The translations under genes and the position numbers were made by a program. Of a stretch of DNA of 64,000 nucleotides, positions 23,101 to 35,210 are shown one piece after another. The number at the start of each line of letters is the position of its first letter. Positions within the stretch are counted from its first letter, which is position 1. The DNA is from Azolla caroliniana (lineage: Eukaryota; Plantae; Polypodiophyta), in contig JBHGNT010000011.1 of NCBI GenBank assembly GCA_043228905.1, positions 4,526,001 to 4,590,000 of the forward strand. The letters are read 5' to 3'. The notes under the pieces were generated by a model that saw only the letters and a list, made by a program, of their open reading frames with translations, was not told the origin of the DNA and searched no databases.

Positions 23101-26100
23101 TGGAGAGTCAGAAATCCAATAGAAGCACCTCTAATGTAACATACTCCCCTAGTTTAAAAGATTGCTCTTTTATAATGACTATTTGAGGGAAATGTGTTTT
23201 GCCAATTAGAAGATGGTTGAATTAGGCAAATACATTTAAGGACTACAAAAGGTCTACAAAATTGTGGGGTTAATTTAACAGACTTAATTGTAGACAAAGT
23301 CTTAGAGATTAAAATTACACATAGAAATATCATTAGTCTAGGGTTAAATATACAAGGTTACCAATGTTTGATGACATAAAATCATGCGCTATATTGATCA
23401 GTCGTAACTTGTCTCGTGCAATATGAAACATATATTTGCATATCCCTTACTCTGTAGCATGATAGCACTCTGGCTGTCACAATGAAGAATAGGTAACTTT
23501 GTAATGCCAAGATCTCTCACTAGATATGAAAGCCATAAAGCCTCTTTGCATGCCTCAGAGGCAGCAACATACCCAGAAGTAGACTTCCTGCAGTCTGCGT
23601 GATCAGCATAGTCCGCATCCGTAAAACCGATGACAGATGCCTTTTGCTTTCCAAAGCAAATGCACAAGTCCTTTGTTCCTTTGAGGTATCTCATAATACC
23701 TTTCACCGCTTCCCAATGCTTTTTGCTGGGATTTGCCATGTACCTACTAACCACTCCCATTGCAAAAGCAATATCAGGGCGTGTAGCAACCATCGCATAT
23801 ATCAAACTGCCAACGGTAGAAGCATAAGGAACCTTAGCCATTTCAGCCTTCTCAGCATCAGATGTAGGGCTGTCTTCTGCACCGAGTTTCAAATATGGAG
23901 GCAATGGAACCCCAATTGTTTTCCCCCCCTCCATATTGAAACGCTGCAAAACCTTAGAGATATACTCCTGCTGAGAAAGAAAGAGTACCCCCTTTGACTG
24001 GTTTCGGAGTATTCGCATGCCAAGGATGTGATTTGCATCGCCAAGATCCTTCATATCAAAGCTGCCATGAAGGCTTTGCTTCAATGAATTGAAGGCATGA
24101 ATATCCTTGCCAGCAATCAACATATCATCAACATACAAAACCAAGATAATCAGGCTGCCATCTCCTGCCTTCTTGGTGTACAAGCAGTGGTCCACTTGAC
24201 TTCTACGAAAACCTTGAGACTGCATAAATGCATCAAATTTGTGATACCATTCTCTTGGTGCTTGTTTCAACCCATAGAAACTCCTTTTGAGCATACAAAC
24301 CATCTTCTCTTTGCCTTTAGCCACGAAACCTTCATCCTGCTGCATATATATATCTTCATGCAGATCGCCATGTAAAGAGGCGGTCTTCACATCCATCTGT
24401 ATGAGCTCCATATCTTCAGTTGCAACTAAGCCCAAAATGATTCTTAATGTAGTCATCTTGACTACATTAAGAAGATCTCATCAAAATCAACTCCATATTC
24501 CTGCATGTATCCTTTTGCAACCAGTCTTGCTTTGTACTTTGGTGAGGAATCAGAAATGACCTTCAATTTATAAACCCATTTGCATGAAAGTGTTTTCTGC
24601 CCTTAAGGCAACTGCACCAAATCCCAAGTGTCATTTTTCTCAAGAGATTCCATCTCTGACAACATGGCTTTATACCATTTCTTGTTGTCCTCTCTGTCCA
24701 TTGCTTCCTTGAAGCAAGACGGTTCACCACAATCACTCACCATGACATAATCAGCCACACTGTTTGCATCAGGAACAAATCTGTCAGGCTGTCTAGTAAC
24801 TCTAGACGATCTCGTAACCCAATGCTCATTGTTTGGTAGCTGTTGAGCCTGCAAATCATCATTTTCAATTTGCAGTCCAGGCATTTCAGCCTGGAAATCA
24901 GCATTAACAGCTTGCTGTTCTAGCTGTTCCTGCACATTTGGTGGCTCATCATTATTGGCAAAGGCTGGCTGATCATTTCCAACCTCATTTTCTGCATTTG
25001 CAGGTAAGTTTACAGCAGGTGTTTGCTGCTGTATAGCAGGCACATTTTCCTGTCTAAAAGGTATTTCTTCTCAGAATACAACCCTTTGTACTTCCTCAGT
25101 CTTTTTGGGCTGTTTATGCATGCGATTTTCCCGGAAGATAACATCATTGCTGTGTACTATTTTCTTTTCTCGGGATCCCACAATCTATACCCCATTTCAC
25201 CCTCGTCACCGTATCCTAGGAAAATACATTTGGAGGACTTTGGCTCAAGTTTGTTGCGTTCTTCTTTACGAATGTGCACAAAAGTCTCACAGCCAAACAC
25301 TCTCAAGTGAGCATATGAAGGTGGCTTGCCCGACCACGCTTCTTGGGGTATTCCCCCTCCTAAAGACCTGTTAGGTGACCGATTAATCAAGTGAACAGCT
25401 GTCATAACAGCCTCTGCCCAAAAACCATGGGGTGATGCAGCATGAGACAGCATTGTACGGACCTTATCTTGAATAGTCCGATTCATACGCTCTGCAACTC
25501 CATTTTGGGGTGGATTATATGGGGTAGTGAGTTCCCTCTTTATCCCTTTGCTGTCACAAAATGCTTGAAAGGCCTTGGACACATATTCCCCACCATTGTC
25601 AGAGTGAAGACACTTAAGTGTCTTATCAATTTGATTCTCAACTAATGCCAAAAATGTTCAAAACTTGTTGAGCACTTCATCCTTGCTACGAATAGGGTAA
25701 ACCCATACCTTCCGTGCAACATCATCGACGAAAGTGACCAAGTATTTCTTTCCCCCTAATGATAGCCCTGACATCTGACATACATCTGAATGTACTAACT
25801 CAAGCGGGGAAGACTTCAACGAAAGAGACTTTTTATGAGATGTTTGTACATGTTTACCATAAATGCAATGATCACAATGTTCAAAATCAGCATAACGAAG
25901 ACATGGCAAGTAACCCAAACGAGAAAGTACGTTCATACCAGTTCCACTCATGTGTCCCAACCGGCCATGCCACAAAGAAACTCTAGGCTGCTCGGTTATG
26001 GCAACAACATGGTCACTCACATTAGATACATGGAGAGGATACAAAGTATCACTTTTACTACCCTTGGTAATAACTCTAGATCCCTTATAAATCTTCCATT

Positions 26101-29100
26101 TCCCATCACCAAAGGTTGTGTGAAATCCATCATCATCTAGCTATCCTGTGCTAATCATGCTGTTCTTGAGTTGAGGTACATGTCATACATGGTGAAGTGT
26201 GAAAGCAGAACCATGCTGAAACTGTAATTGCATAGTGCCAATACCTGCAATTTCACATGCATAGTTGTCCCCAAGATGGACAACAACATGTCGACCCCTT
26301 GTGTAATCTGAAAACCACTCACGATGAGGGGTGACGTGAAAAGAAGCACCGGAATCAAGTATCCAAGTGTGCATGTCACCATCCGTATTAGCAAGTAAAG
26401 CATGTTCTCTATGGCATGATGAGACAAAGAGTACATCATTTCCACTATCACTATCATGAATGACTACATTCACCTCTTCCTTTTTAGTATTGCCTTTCGT
26501 CGGTTGAATGTCTCTCTTTTCTTCTATGAAATCATCTATCTTCTTGCCCTTTCCTTTCTCTTTCTTCCATTTGAAACAATCACGTTTAAAGTGACCCTTT
26601 TCGTCACAATGATGGCATTCTACATCTTTACCACGTGATTTACTACAGCCATAACTATCAGATTTGGCTCTTTGTTGTGACCTACCCCTCATATGCAACG
26701 CACTAGAGGACTTATTGGATGCATTGTTCTGCCGTCTCATCTCTTCCATGAGTAGAGAACTCTCTACATCGGCATAAAGAAGCATCGCATTTGAATTGCT
26801 TATAGCAGTTCTGAAAGTATCCCAACTTTCTGCCAAGGTGCAAAGTAAAAACGTGGCCTTAAACTCATCATTAATAATGAATTTCAAGGCAACCAACTGG
26901 CTGAAAATGGAATTGAACTCAGGTGAGTTGACATTGGTGTGTCCTTTGTCATGCGTAAATCCATGAGTTTCTTAAGCCAGTAAACTTTGCTAGCTGTCGT
27001 CTCTTGGGCATACAATTCCTCTAGTCTAGTCCATATAGAATAGGCAGAGTCCAAACCTTCAATATTAAACAGTAAGGCATTAGAAATCGACAACTCAATC
27101 ATCTTCGTCCATATCTATAGGCTTTACCCCTTTGACTTTAATAGGCTTTGTATGCTTCTTCTGCAGCAGGATGTTGTAGCACTGCTTTTTCCAAACCGCA
27201 AAGTTACTATCAAGGTTGCATAAGGTGGCTACTATCACTGTTGCTAGTCATGGTTTCTTAGCCCAAACGGAGGACCAAACGTGCTCTGGAGAAAACGTGA
27301 CCTACTCTGCAGAAAACCCTAAACTCAGCTTTGCAGAAAACCCTAAACTCTGCTCTCCACAAAACCCTAAACTCTACTCTGCAAAAAACCCTAAACTTTG
27401 ATTTGCATAAAACCCTAAACCCTGCTTTGATACCAGTTTGAAGGCAGCATGAGGATTAGGGTTTAGGTCAAAAACAGAGAGGGAGAGAGTCTGAGTGAGA
27501 GCCAAAGGGAGAGATAGAGATGCACATTGTCTTGGGTACAAAGAGTGTACCACTTTTTTGGTTTTTTTAGATATTATGTATATACAAGTCAAAATGTGCT
27601 ACGACTGCATTCACACTTGTGCACTAATAAAAGGCACAATGGCCCTTTATTCCCAACAGTGTTTTTCAAAATTTTGAACTTACCAGTCTCAAAAAGGTTT
27701 GAAGTATTAATCGAGGGGAAAATGCTATGTAAATATATAGTTTGCTACATTTTACTATTTCCCCGGAATGTTTTATATTTTCTCTTAATTTCTTAATACT
27801 AATAATGGATTGTTTCATGGGCATTAGTGTCCTCAAGAAATGATGGTCAAATGATATAGTGAATTAGTCAATAATGATTGTGATGTATAGAGATCTATGT
27901 CCTCAGAGTTACAACTGATTAGTGAGAAACGTGAGAATAAATGAATTTGCTAAAATCTGATTCTGAATACATGTTCTTGATGTCATAACAGTCTGGCTAT
28001 TTTTGGCATGCTCTACAGGGGTCATTGTGTTGGTCATTGGAGGAGGAGGAAGGGAACATGCTCTTTGTTATGGTTTGCAGCGATCTTCTACATGTGATGG
28101 AGTCTTTTGTGCTCCTGGTAACCCGGGAATCTCTGCATCGGGTGATGCTACCTGCATTCCAGATTTAGACACCAGTAACAGTGCAGCTGTTATATCATTC
28201 TGCCAAAAGTGGAATGTTGGCCTTGTGGTTGTTGCCCCTGAAGTGCCTCTTGTTGCAGGTCTTGTAGACGATCTTCAAGCAGCAGGAATATATGCATTTG
28301 GCCCTTCAGCTAAGGCAGCAGCCTTGGAAGGATCAAAAGATTTTATGAAGAATTTGTGTATGAAATATGGTATCCCAACAGCTAAGGTTGGTTGTGATTT
28401 ATCATGGTAACCTTGTAATTTCTCTCAATAAATAGTTTCCAAATATATAACCTTGGTTGTATTACTTTTCTGGCTCACAATTTGTGGAAAGCAGCAAAGG
28501 TTACCCTTTTCCTTGATTTTTATAACCCATGACATGCCCCGTATGAACTAACTGAATATGTCACTAGTAATCTGCAAATTATCCATTTATTGGAACAGTG
28601 CTGTATATCGTTACCAAATCCATGGTCAATAGAACTGGGTCTATCAAAAGCGCGAGGAATGATACTTGTTTGACTAATATAGCAGCAACTAAATAGACGA
28701 ACTCAATGTTCTTTTAATGAGTGTTCCAATGGTCGTTTGTATTTTAGTCAGAAATTAATGCCATGAATCCTCTCAGGATCGGACTGAACATTGTTTTCTT
28801 CAATTCTCATATAGATGTCCATATCTAACACTGCTTTCCAAATGTTTATTTGAAGGCATCTATAGCAATTTATAGAAAATGGATGGGTATTTCTTGATGG
28901 TATTTTAAGTTATGTACGATTATATTCAAACTTTAACTAGAGCCTGTTAATTCCATGGTTCTGAATAACTTAATCATATCTCATACACTTCATTTCATTG
29001 GCTGCAGTATAAGTCATTCAGTGATGCAGCAGAAGCTAAGCATTATATTGAAGAGGTAGGAACACCCATTGTAGTTAAAGCTGATGGTTTGGCTGCTGGG

Positions 29101-30716
29101 AAAGGTGTTATTATTGCGGATACATTGGAAGAGGCATTTAGTGCTATAGATTCCATGCTTGTGGATAAGATTTTTGGGAGTGCTGGAGGGCTTGTAATAA
29201 TAGAAGAATTTTTGGATGGAGAAGAAGTATCCTTTTTTGCATTAGTGGATGGTGAGCATGCGGTTCCTTTGGCTTCGGCACAAGATCATAAACGTGTTGG
29301 AGATGGGGATGTAGGATCAAACACAGGAGGAATGGGAGCATATTCTCCAGCTCCTCTTCTCACTCCAGAACTTGAAGCGGAAGTTATGGATTCTATTATT
29401 ATGCCTACTGTTAAGGGAATGTCAGCAGAGGGATGTAAATTTGTAGGGGTGTTATATGCAGGGCTTATAATTGATAAGCAAACTGGAATACCGAAGCTTC
29501 TTGAGTACAATGTACGCTTTGGAGATCCAGAATGTCAGGTAAATTATTATGGCTTCTCTTATCTGCTTTAAACAGTGCCTGTTGTGATGTATAGATCCAT
29601 AAGCCAATACAAGGTTTTTTATATCTTGGTATGATGAGATGAAACTTATATGAATTGCTCTTCCATCCTCCATGGCTGTGATTTCTGAAATGTATGGACG
29701 CCATAGTAGGCTTTAGCTATTCAGATCATTTTAGACAAGATACATTGAAGACCTTATTCTATTTTCATGCACTCTCACTTCGTTTTCTTGTGTAGACGAC
29801 TTTCATACCTACACATGTGCCCAATATTTGTAAACAAGATACTATTGAGACCTCATTCTGTGTTCATGCACTCTCACAGAGGCTTCTTTTGAAGAGGATT
29901 TTCATAACTAAACATGCGTCTAAATTACCAAATGAAGAGGAATGAGGTAGATTTATAACAGAACTGTGATCTCCATGCAGTATTAATGATAAAAATTGCA
30001 TATATCATTTAATAGATTGTAGTGTAGTTCTGTTGATATAGTGGCAAGTAATCATAAAGCTGATGTTAGAGATACAAAAATAGTAGTGTTTTTTTTAATA
30101 TTAGCTTTATAGAATTATTTGATGTTTCTGTAAAATAGTGACCTGCTTTAAGCAAAAGCATTTAGACGTTTTTAATTGTGGTTTACAATTCAGTTATGCT
30201 CTTTCCATCTTATATGTTATTTTGTAATCATTAAAACATTTACCAATAACAGACAACAATCTGCAAAACATTGTCTTTTCTTGATATTTTACATTCCTTT
30301 TGCAGGTTTTAATTCCTCGGTTGCAGTCAGATCTTGCAAGTGCACTTCTTGCAGCATGCAAAGGTGAACTCAAGGGATTATCGTTTTCTTGGTCTGATGA
30401 GGTGGCTTTGGTGGTGGTGCTAGCAAGCAGTGGATACCCTGGACAATACAAGAAAGGCACTTTGATTCGAAATCTAGATGAGGCAGCAACTGCAGCACCT
30501 AAAGTGAAGATTTTTCACGCAGGAACAGATTTGGATTCCCATGGAAATGTGGTTGCATCTGAAGGTAGAGTTCTAGGTGTTGTGGCACTGGGAAAAGAGA
30601 TTGCTCAAGCTCAAGAACGAGCTTATGTGGCTGTTGATACAATAAATTGGCCTGATGGTTTTTGTAGACGTGATATAGGTTGGAGGGCAATTGCTTCCTT
30701 AAAGGAGACAAAGTAA
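19828..30716 (+). CDS. purD: Phosphoribosylamine-glycine ligase (GARS, PUR2/PurD), organelle-targeted; exons 19828-20104, 28019-28386, 29008-29538, 30306-30716 (528 aa)
   Basis: Ser/Thr-rich transit-peptide exon. Motifs [77 protein letters not shown]. All introns GT-AG with matching phases; 1587 nt, no internal stop. Confidence 0.93.
20650..20900. repeat. Degenerate ~67-bp minisatellite containing TTAGGGTTAG
   Basis: TAGTTAGGGTTAGAAT-like unit starts near 20688, 20754, 20821, 20888. Confidence 0.65.
20901..23455 (-). mobile_element. Decayed Ty3/gypsy 3' end (integrase tail, PPT, 3' LTR 23141-20901) in GARS intron 1, with nested LINE
   Basis: 23150-23455 resembles the integrase tail at ~50430-50640. 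PPT AGGGGAGTA then TGTTACA (compare 50961-50975). LTR appears to end CTCTAACA at 20901. Confidence 0.65.
21362..23119 (-). mobile_element. 5'-truncated non-LTR retrotransposon (RTE/RTEX-like ORF2 C-terminus)
   Basis: [13 protein letters not shown]...YTYLGV...[11 protein letters not shown] (RT end/thumb) and [26 protein letters not shown] (Cys-rich C-terminus). (CTTT)n 3' tail; candidate TSD TAGAA at 21357-21361 and 23120-23124. Confidence 0.85.
23456..27658 (-). mobile_element. Ty1/copia element 'H' in GARS intron 1 (3' end deleted)
   Basis: 5' LTR ~27439-27658, PBS TGGTATCAAAGC 27424-27435, gag, protease [12 protein letters not shown], integrase, [12 protein letters not shown], partial RNase H. 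Confidence 0.92.
28019..28386 (+). CDS. purD: GARS exon 2
   Basis: [15 protein letters not shown]...KYGIPTAK|GTTGGT. Confidence 0.95.
29008..29538 (+). CDS. purD: GARS exon 3 (ATP-grasp)
   Basis: CTGCAG|YKSFSD...RFGDPECQ|GTAAAT. Confidence 0.95.
30306..30716 (+). CDS. purD: GARS exon 4
   Basis: TTGCAG|VLIPRLQSD...SLKETK*. Confidence 0.95.
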   Translation, partial: VLIPRLQSDLASALLAACKGELKGLSFSWSDEVALVVVLASSGYPGQYKKGTLIRNLDEAATAAPKVKIFHAGTDLDSHGNVVASEGRVLGVVALGKEIAQAQERAYVAVDTINWPDGFCRRDIGWRAIASLKETK

Positions 30717-33700
30717 GGGTACAGTAATAAAGGGAACCGTTCTTGTTCCTACCATTGATTCCTTTTGTAGTTGTAGACTATCACTAGGAATTGAAATGCC
30801 AGTGATTTCACGACAGAACAGGATAAATTTTAAATATGACCAACCTTTGATTCCTTTGGTTGTCATAGAATATATGACCAGAAGTTGGGATGGCTGATTT
30901 TTCTCAAAACATTTCTGATAATGTATGATTCTTTCATTAAAAAATCAAGGACGCTGCATGGAATGCAACAGAAACTGTAGGCAGAATCATAAGCCTTTTT
31001 GTACAAAAAAGGGAAACAAAAATCTCTATTTTCGAAGTTTCTTTCATATAATAAAAAGATTTTAAAGACCGACCAGTTAAGTTCGTTACTTGAGGATGTA
31101 ATGTACTATTGAATTGGATGGTAGGAGGAGATAGTGTGCAAAATTATACACTCAGCTTGTAGTCTTCGTGTGGATATGGGCGTTTTGGAGCAATCTTGTA
31201 GTCTTGGGATGGCTATGGGAAGTTTTGGAGCATTTATCACAATGTCATCAAGAGTTCTATGCCGCATGCAGATGCAGAATAGACCTTTGTAATATAAATT
31301 ATTTCTCTTTGGAATCAATAGCAGAAGCTAATTTTTTCCATTGTTTTCTTTTGTACATATGATTAAACCTGTTTGCTTCCTGAACTGGACGAGAATGCAA
31401 TGCTTTGATCAAGGAAAATTTGCGCAAAATGTGTAAGTATGTATGTATGTACTTTATATGGTTAAACCTGTATGTTTTCTGAACTGGAATCATGGGTAAA
31501 ACGTATAAGCATGAACATACGGGTTTTCTTGGGCAGAATAGTTTGAATATTGCAAGATGGAACCATAGTCAGAGACCCCACACAAGAAATGACTAATGGA
31601 AAAGAATATGTTTAGTGTTGTAGATACTCATGAGTGAACTTTGAGAATATGGTATCTATACCCTGCTACTGTTTTCAATGAATGAGAGAGAGAGATGGAC
31701 GAAGTAGGGTTCAAATGTTTGGTTATCTATAGATGTGTCCCCCTCCTTGTTTCTACAAGTTAAGAAACGAACGACATACATCCTCCTCCTTGAGATATTA
31801 AGGCAACTGATTCATTTTCTGAAGAAATGGTTCACAAATTTAGATCAATACATTAGACGAGAATCGAACTGGGGCTGTACTGTGACAGGGTACAATTCTA
31901 CTGAAAGTTAAGGCTATTTTGTTAGTGTTTTCAAAACTTGGGGTTGATGCAATGGGACCTGTCATCTACCTGTCAATGGATCCATGGGAAGTTTGGGGAG
32001 CAGAGAGGTTTAAAAGAGCATGAAAAGCAGATGGGGAAGAGCAAGAGATGCAACTCTTATAATGAACATGCTCAAGTCTTGTGCCAACAAGAAAGACCTT
32101 CATGAAGGTACAAGAATACATGGTGAAATTCTAAAAAGAGATGGTCTGCTTCTAGAACAGAATCCTCGCATTGCCACTTGCCTAATCAACATGTAATGCA
32201 AAATGTGGTATGTTTGAGAAAGCTAGGAAACTTCTAGAAGAAGATTGTGTTCAAAATGTCGCCTCTTGGAATGCGCTCATTTCAGGGTATGCCCAACAAG
32301 GACAAGTTCATGAAGCATTGAATGTTTATTCATGCATGCAAAGAGAAAATGTTGTTCCAAATTCGGTCACTTTTATTTGTATTTTGAAGGCTTGTGGCAA
32401 CAGAAGTGCTCTAGATGAGGGAAGAAGGGTTCATAAAATGATTGTAGATAGAGGTTTATTGGAGAAGGAAATTGTGCTTGCCACTGCCATAGTGGATATG
32501 TATGCTAAGTGCGGTGAAATGACAAATGCAAAAGACATGTTCAACTCACTCTCAGTTCAAGATGTAATATCTTGGAATACGTTAATTTCTGGTTACATTC
32601 AAGCAGGTCAATGCAGTGAAGCCTTAGATTGTATGCAACGGATATATTGTGAGTGCCTATCGCCTGATTCTGTTACTTTTATATGTATATTGAAGGCATG
32701 TGGCACCATCGGAGGCACCAATAAGGGCAAACAAATTCATGACAAGATTAGGAGGAGAGGTTTGTTAGAGAAGGATGTCACACTTGGCAATGCTCTTTTT
32801 GGCCATGTACACTAGATGCGGCATGCTTTCTAGGGCACAGAAAGTGCTCAAAGAGCTTCCTGCTCGAGATGTAGTCTCATGGAACACGCTTATCAGTGGT
32901 TATGTTCAACATGCTCAAACCCAAGAAACATTCAACTGTTTGGAACGAATGGAAAGTGAGGGTTTCATGTGCATTCCTGTAAGGCATGTGGCAACATAGG
33001 AGCTATTGATAAAGGGAAAGAAATCCATGAAAAAATTAGGAATAAGAAGGGATTGCTTGAAAAGGACATCATGCTTGCCACCAGTGTGGTAGACATGTAT
33101 GCGAAATGTGGTGCTCTTGCAAAAGCCCAAGAAGTGGTTAATGATCTCCCTGTTCGAAACACCGTTTGTTGGAATGCATTGATTACGGGGTATGCTCAAA
33201 AAGGCCAGTATGATGAAGTATTAAACTGCTACAAATCCATGAAAAATGGTGGTCTCAGTCCTGATATAGTTACATTTATTTGCATCTTGAAGGCGTGTGG
33301 AAGTAGAGGAAATATAGATAAAGGGGAAGAAACTCACAATGAGATTCAGAGAAGAGGATGGCTAGAAAAAGATAGCGTGCTTGGAAATGCTTTAGTGGAT
33401 ATGTATGCCAAATGTGGGAGTGGTTGGAAAAGCACAAGAAGTGCTTGAAGGTCTTCCAACTCGAAATGTTGTGTCTTGGTCCACAGTAATTGTTGGATAT
33501 GCACAAGGACAATGCCATGAAGCTCTTTACTGTCTCAAACGGATGCAATCTGAAGGCCTATCGCCAAATACAGTCACTTTCATTTCTATCTTGAAAGCTT
33601 GTATGAACACAGGAGCAATCAATAAAGGCAAACAAATCCACGATGAGAGTGTGCAGAGGGGTTTGTTGGAGGAAGACATTGTGCTTGGTACAACATTGGT

Positions 33701-35207
33701 GGATATGTATGCAAGATGTGGTATGCTTACAAAAAGCCCAAGATGTGCTGGAAGACCTACCTATCAGAGATGTAGCTTCAGTTTGGCTCTCTTTATTGGG
33801 TACATGCCGGAAATGGTCAAACGTGAAGCTTGGACGATCTGTTTTCAATCAAATTGTGCAACTAGATGATAACTTGGCAGCAGGTTATGTCTTAATGGCT
33901 AACATGTTTGCAGCTGCTGGCATGAAAGAGGATGCTGACAAACTTGAAACCATGATGAGACCTGAACATGTATATTGCTCTGAAGAAATAGCGTTTTGAA
34001 TAGAATCAACTACCCATTTTATGTTGAAGATGGAAAGGATTATTTGTACATTGAGTTGAAGTCACATAATTTTAATGTCAGCTTTTCTCTACAATTTCAA
34101 GAGAAAAATGCAGGCATTAGTAGTGTTCACAACAACTCATCATTGTTGCAATCAACTTAGGATAGATAATGGAACTTCAGTCAACATCGGGTTGGGATAA
34201 TGTTTCATGCAGGAGATCATCTCCCTTAGGGAGGGTTGCCAGTTTGTAGGGGCCTTACCAGTTCTGTGATGCAGCTTCACTAGTGTATAGATGTCATCAA
34301 ACGATTGTTCTTTTGACATCAGGTAGACGAAAGATGAATCATGCACAGCTTCTACTTCACCTCCAAAGTGGGAATTGATATTTTCCATGTTATGATGAGC
34401 CATATAACAGCCCAATTCATGAAAGCAAATCACGCTGAAGTTAATGGTGCTTCTATTTTTATTCAAGCACAGGATATGCAAATTACAAAGAGCAATCTAA
34501 ATGATGCCTTGCTTACACTCAATGATGCTTTGCCACAAACATGGATCAAGTGGATTTAGGTACATCATTCCTATTAAAGAGTGTTTTACTACCTTTCATG
34601 CAGGCAGCCATGGACATGTATATCTTGGAAATAACCATGCAGGTAACCAAAGTGGGAATTGATATTTTCCATGTGATGATGAGCCATATAACATCTCAAT
34701 TCATGAAAGCATTATCATCAAAATCTCCTGAAACTAAGAAAGAAAATATATCACTATACTGTCATAGGTGATATGATGTGAAATTCCCTTTGTTACTGAA
34801 AGATGTCACTTGTAAGATAAGTCTTGTGCACTATTAATGCCTTTGTGCAAATCATGCCTTTTTTTGCCCTGGTTCAAACTGCAATGGTTGATACGTTGCA
34901 TCTCTCTATTCCATTTTCTAAATCACCTCTCCACCCTTAGAAGTATTAGCAAATGGGAAGTGCAATTGTAGGACATGCTTGCAGGGCATACCTTGAAAAA
35001 TATGAGAAATGTGAAACACATATGTCTAAAAGAGAGATGATGTGATGGCTTGGTTAGATCCACAGCACTAAGGGAAAGGGCTACAGTTGTGTGAGGAGAG
35101 AGAATTATGCATAAAATGGAGATGAAACCGTAGCTGCTAAAGTCCCTATCTCATGATGAGAGATTTGGGACCAATTCTTATTGAGAAGTAACTTTTAGGT
35201 CATTTGG
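30445..35207 (+). repeat. Right arm of inverted segmental duplication
   Basis: Reverse complement of 12144-17230, with a 319-bp and a 21-bp deletion relative to it. Confidence 0.95.
32020..33999 (+). pseudogene. PLS-class PPR protein pseudogene (right copy)
   Basis: Same PPR motifs. Shares the ATGTAATGCA frameshift with the left copy and has additional internal deletions. Confidence 0.9.
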
Positions 35208-35210
35208 GCA

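Noticed and set aside
19828-30716. Bacterial contamination or recent HGT of purD
   Set aside because: It has spliceosomal introns and a transit peptide, as expected for normal plant GARS.
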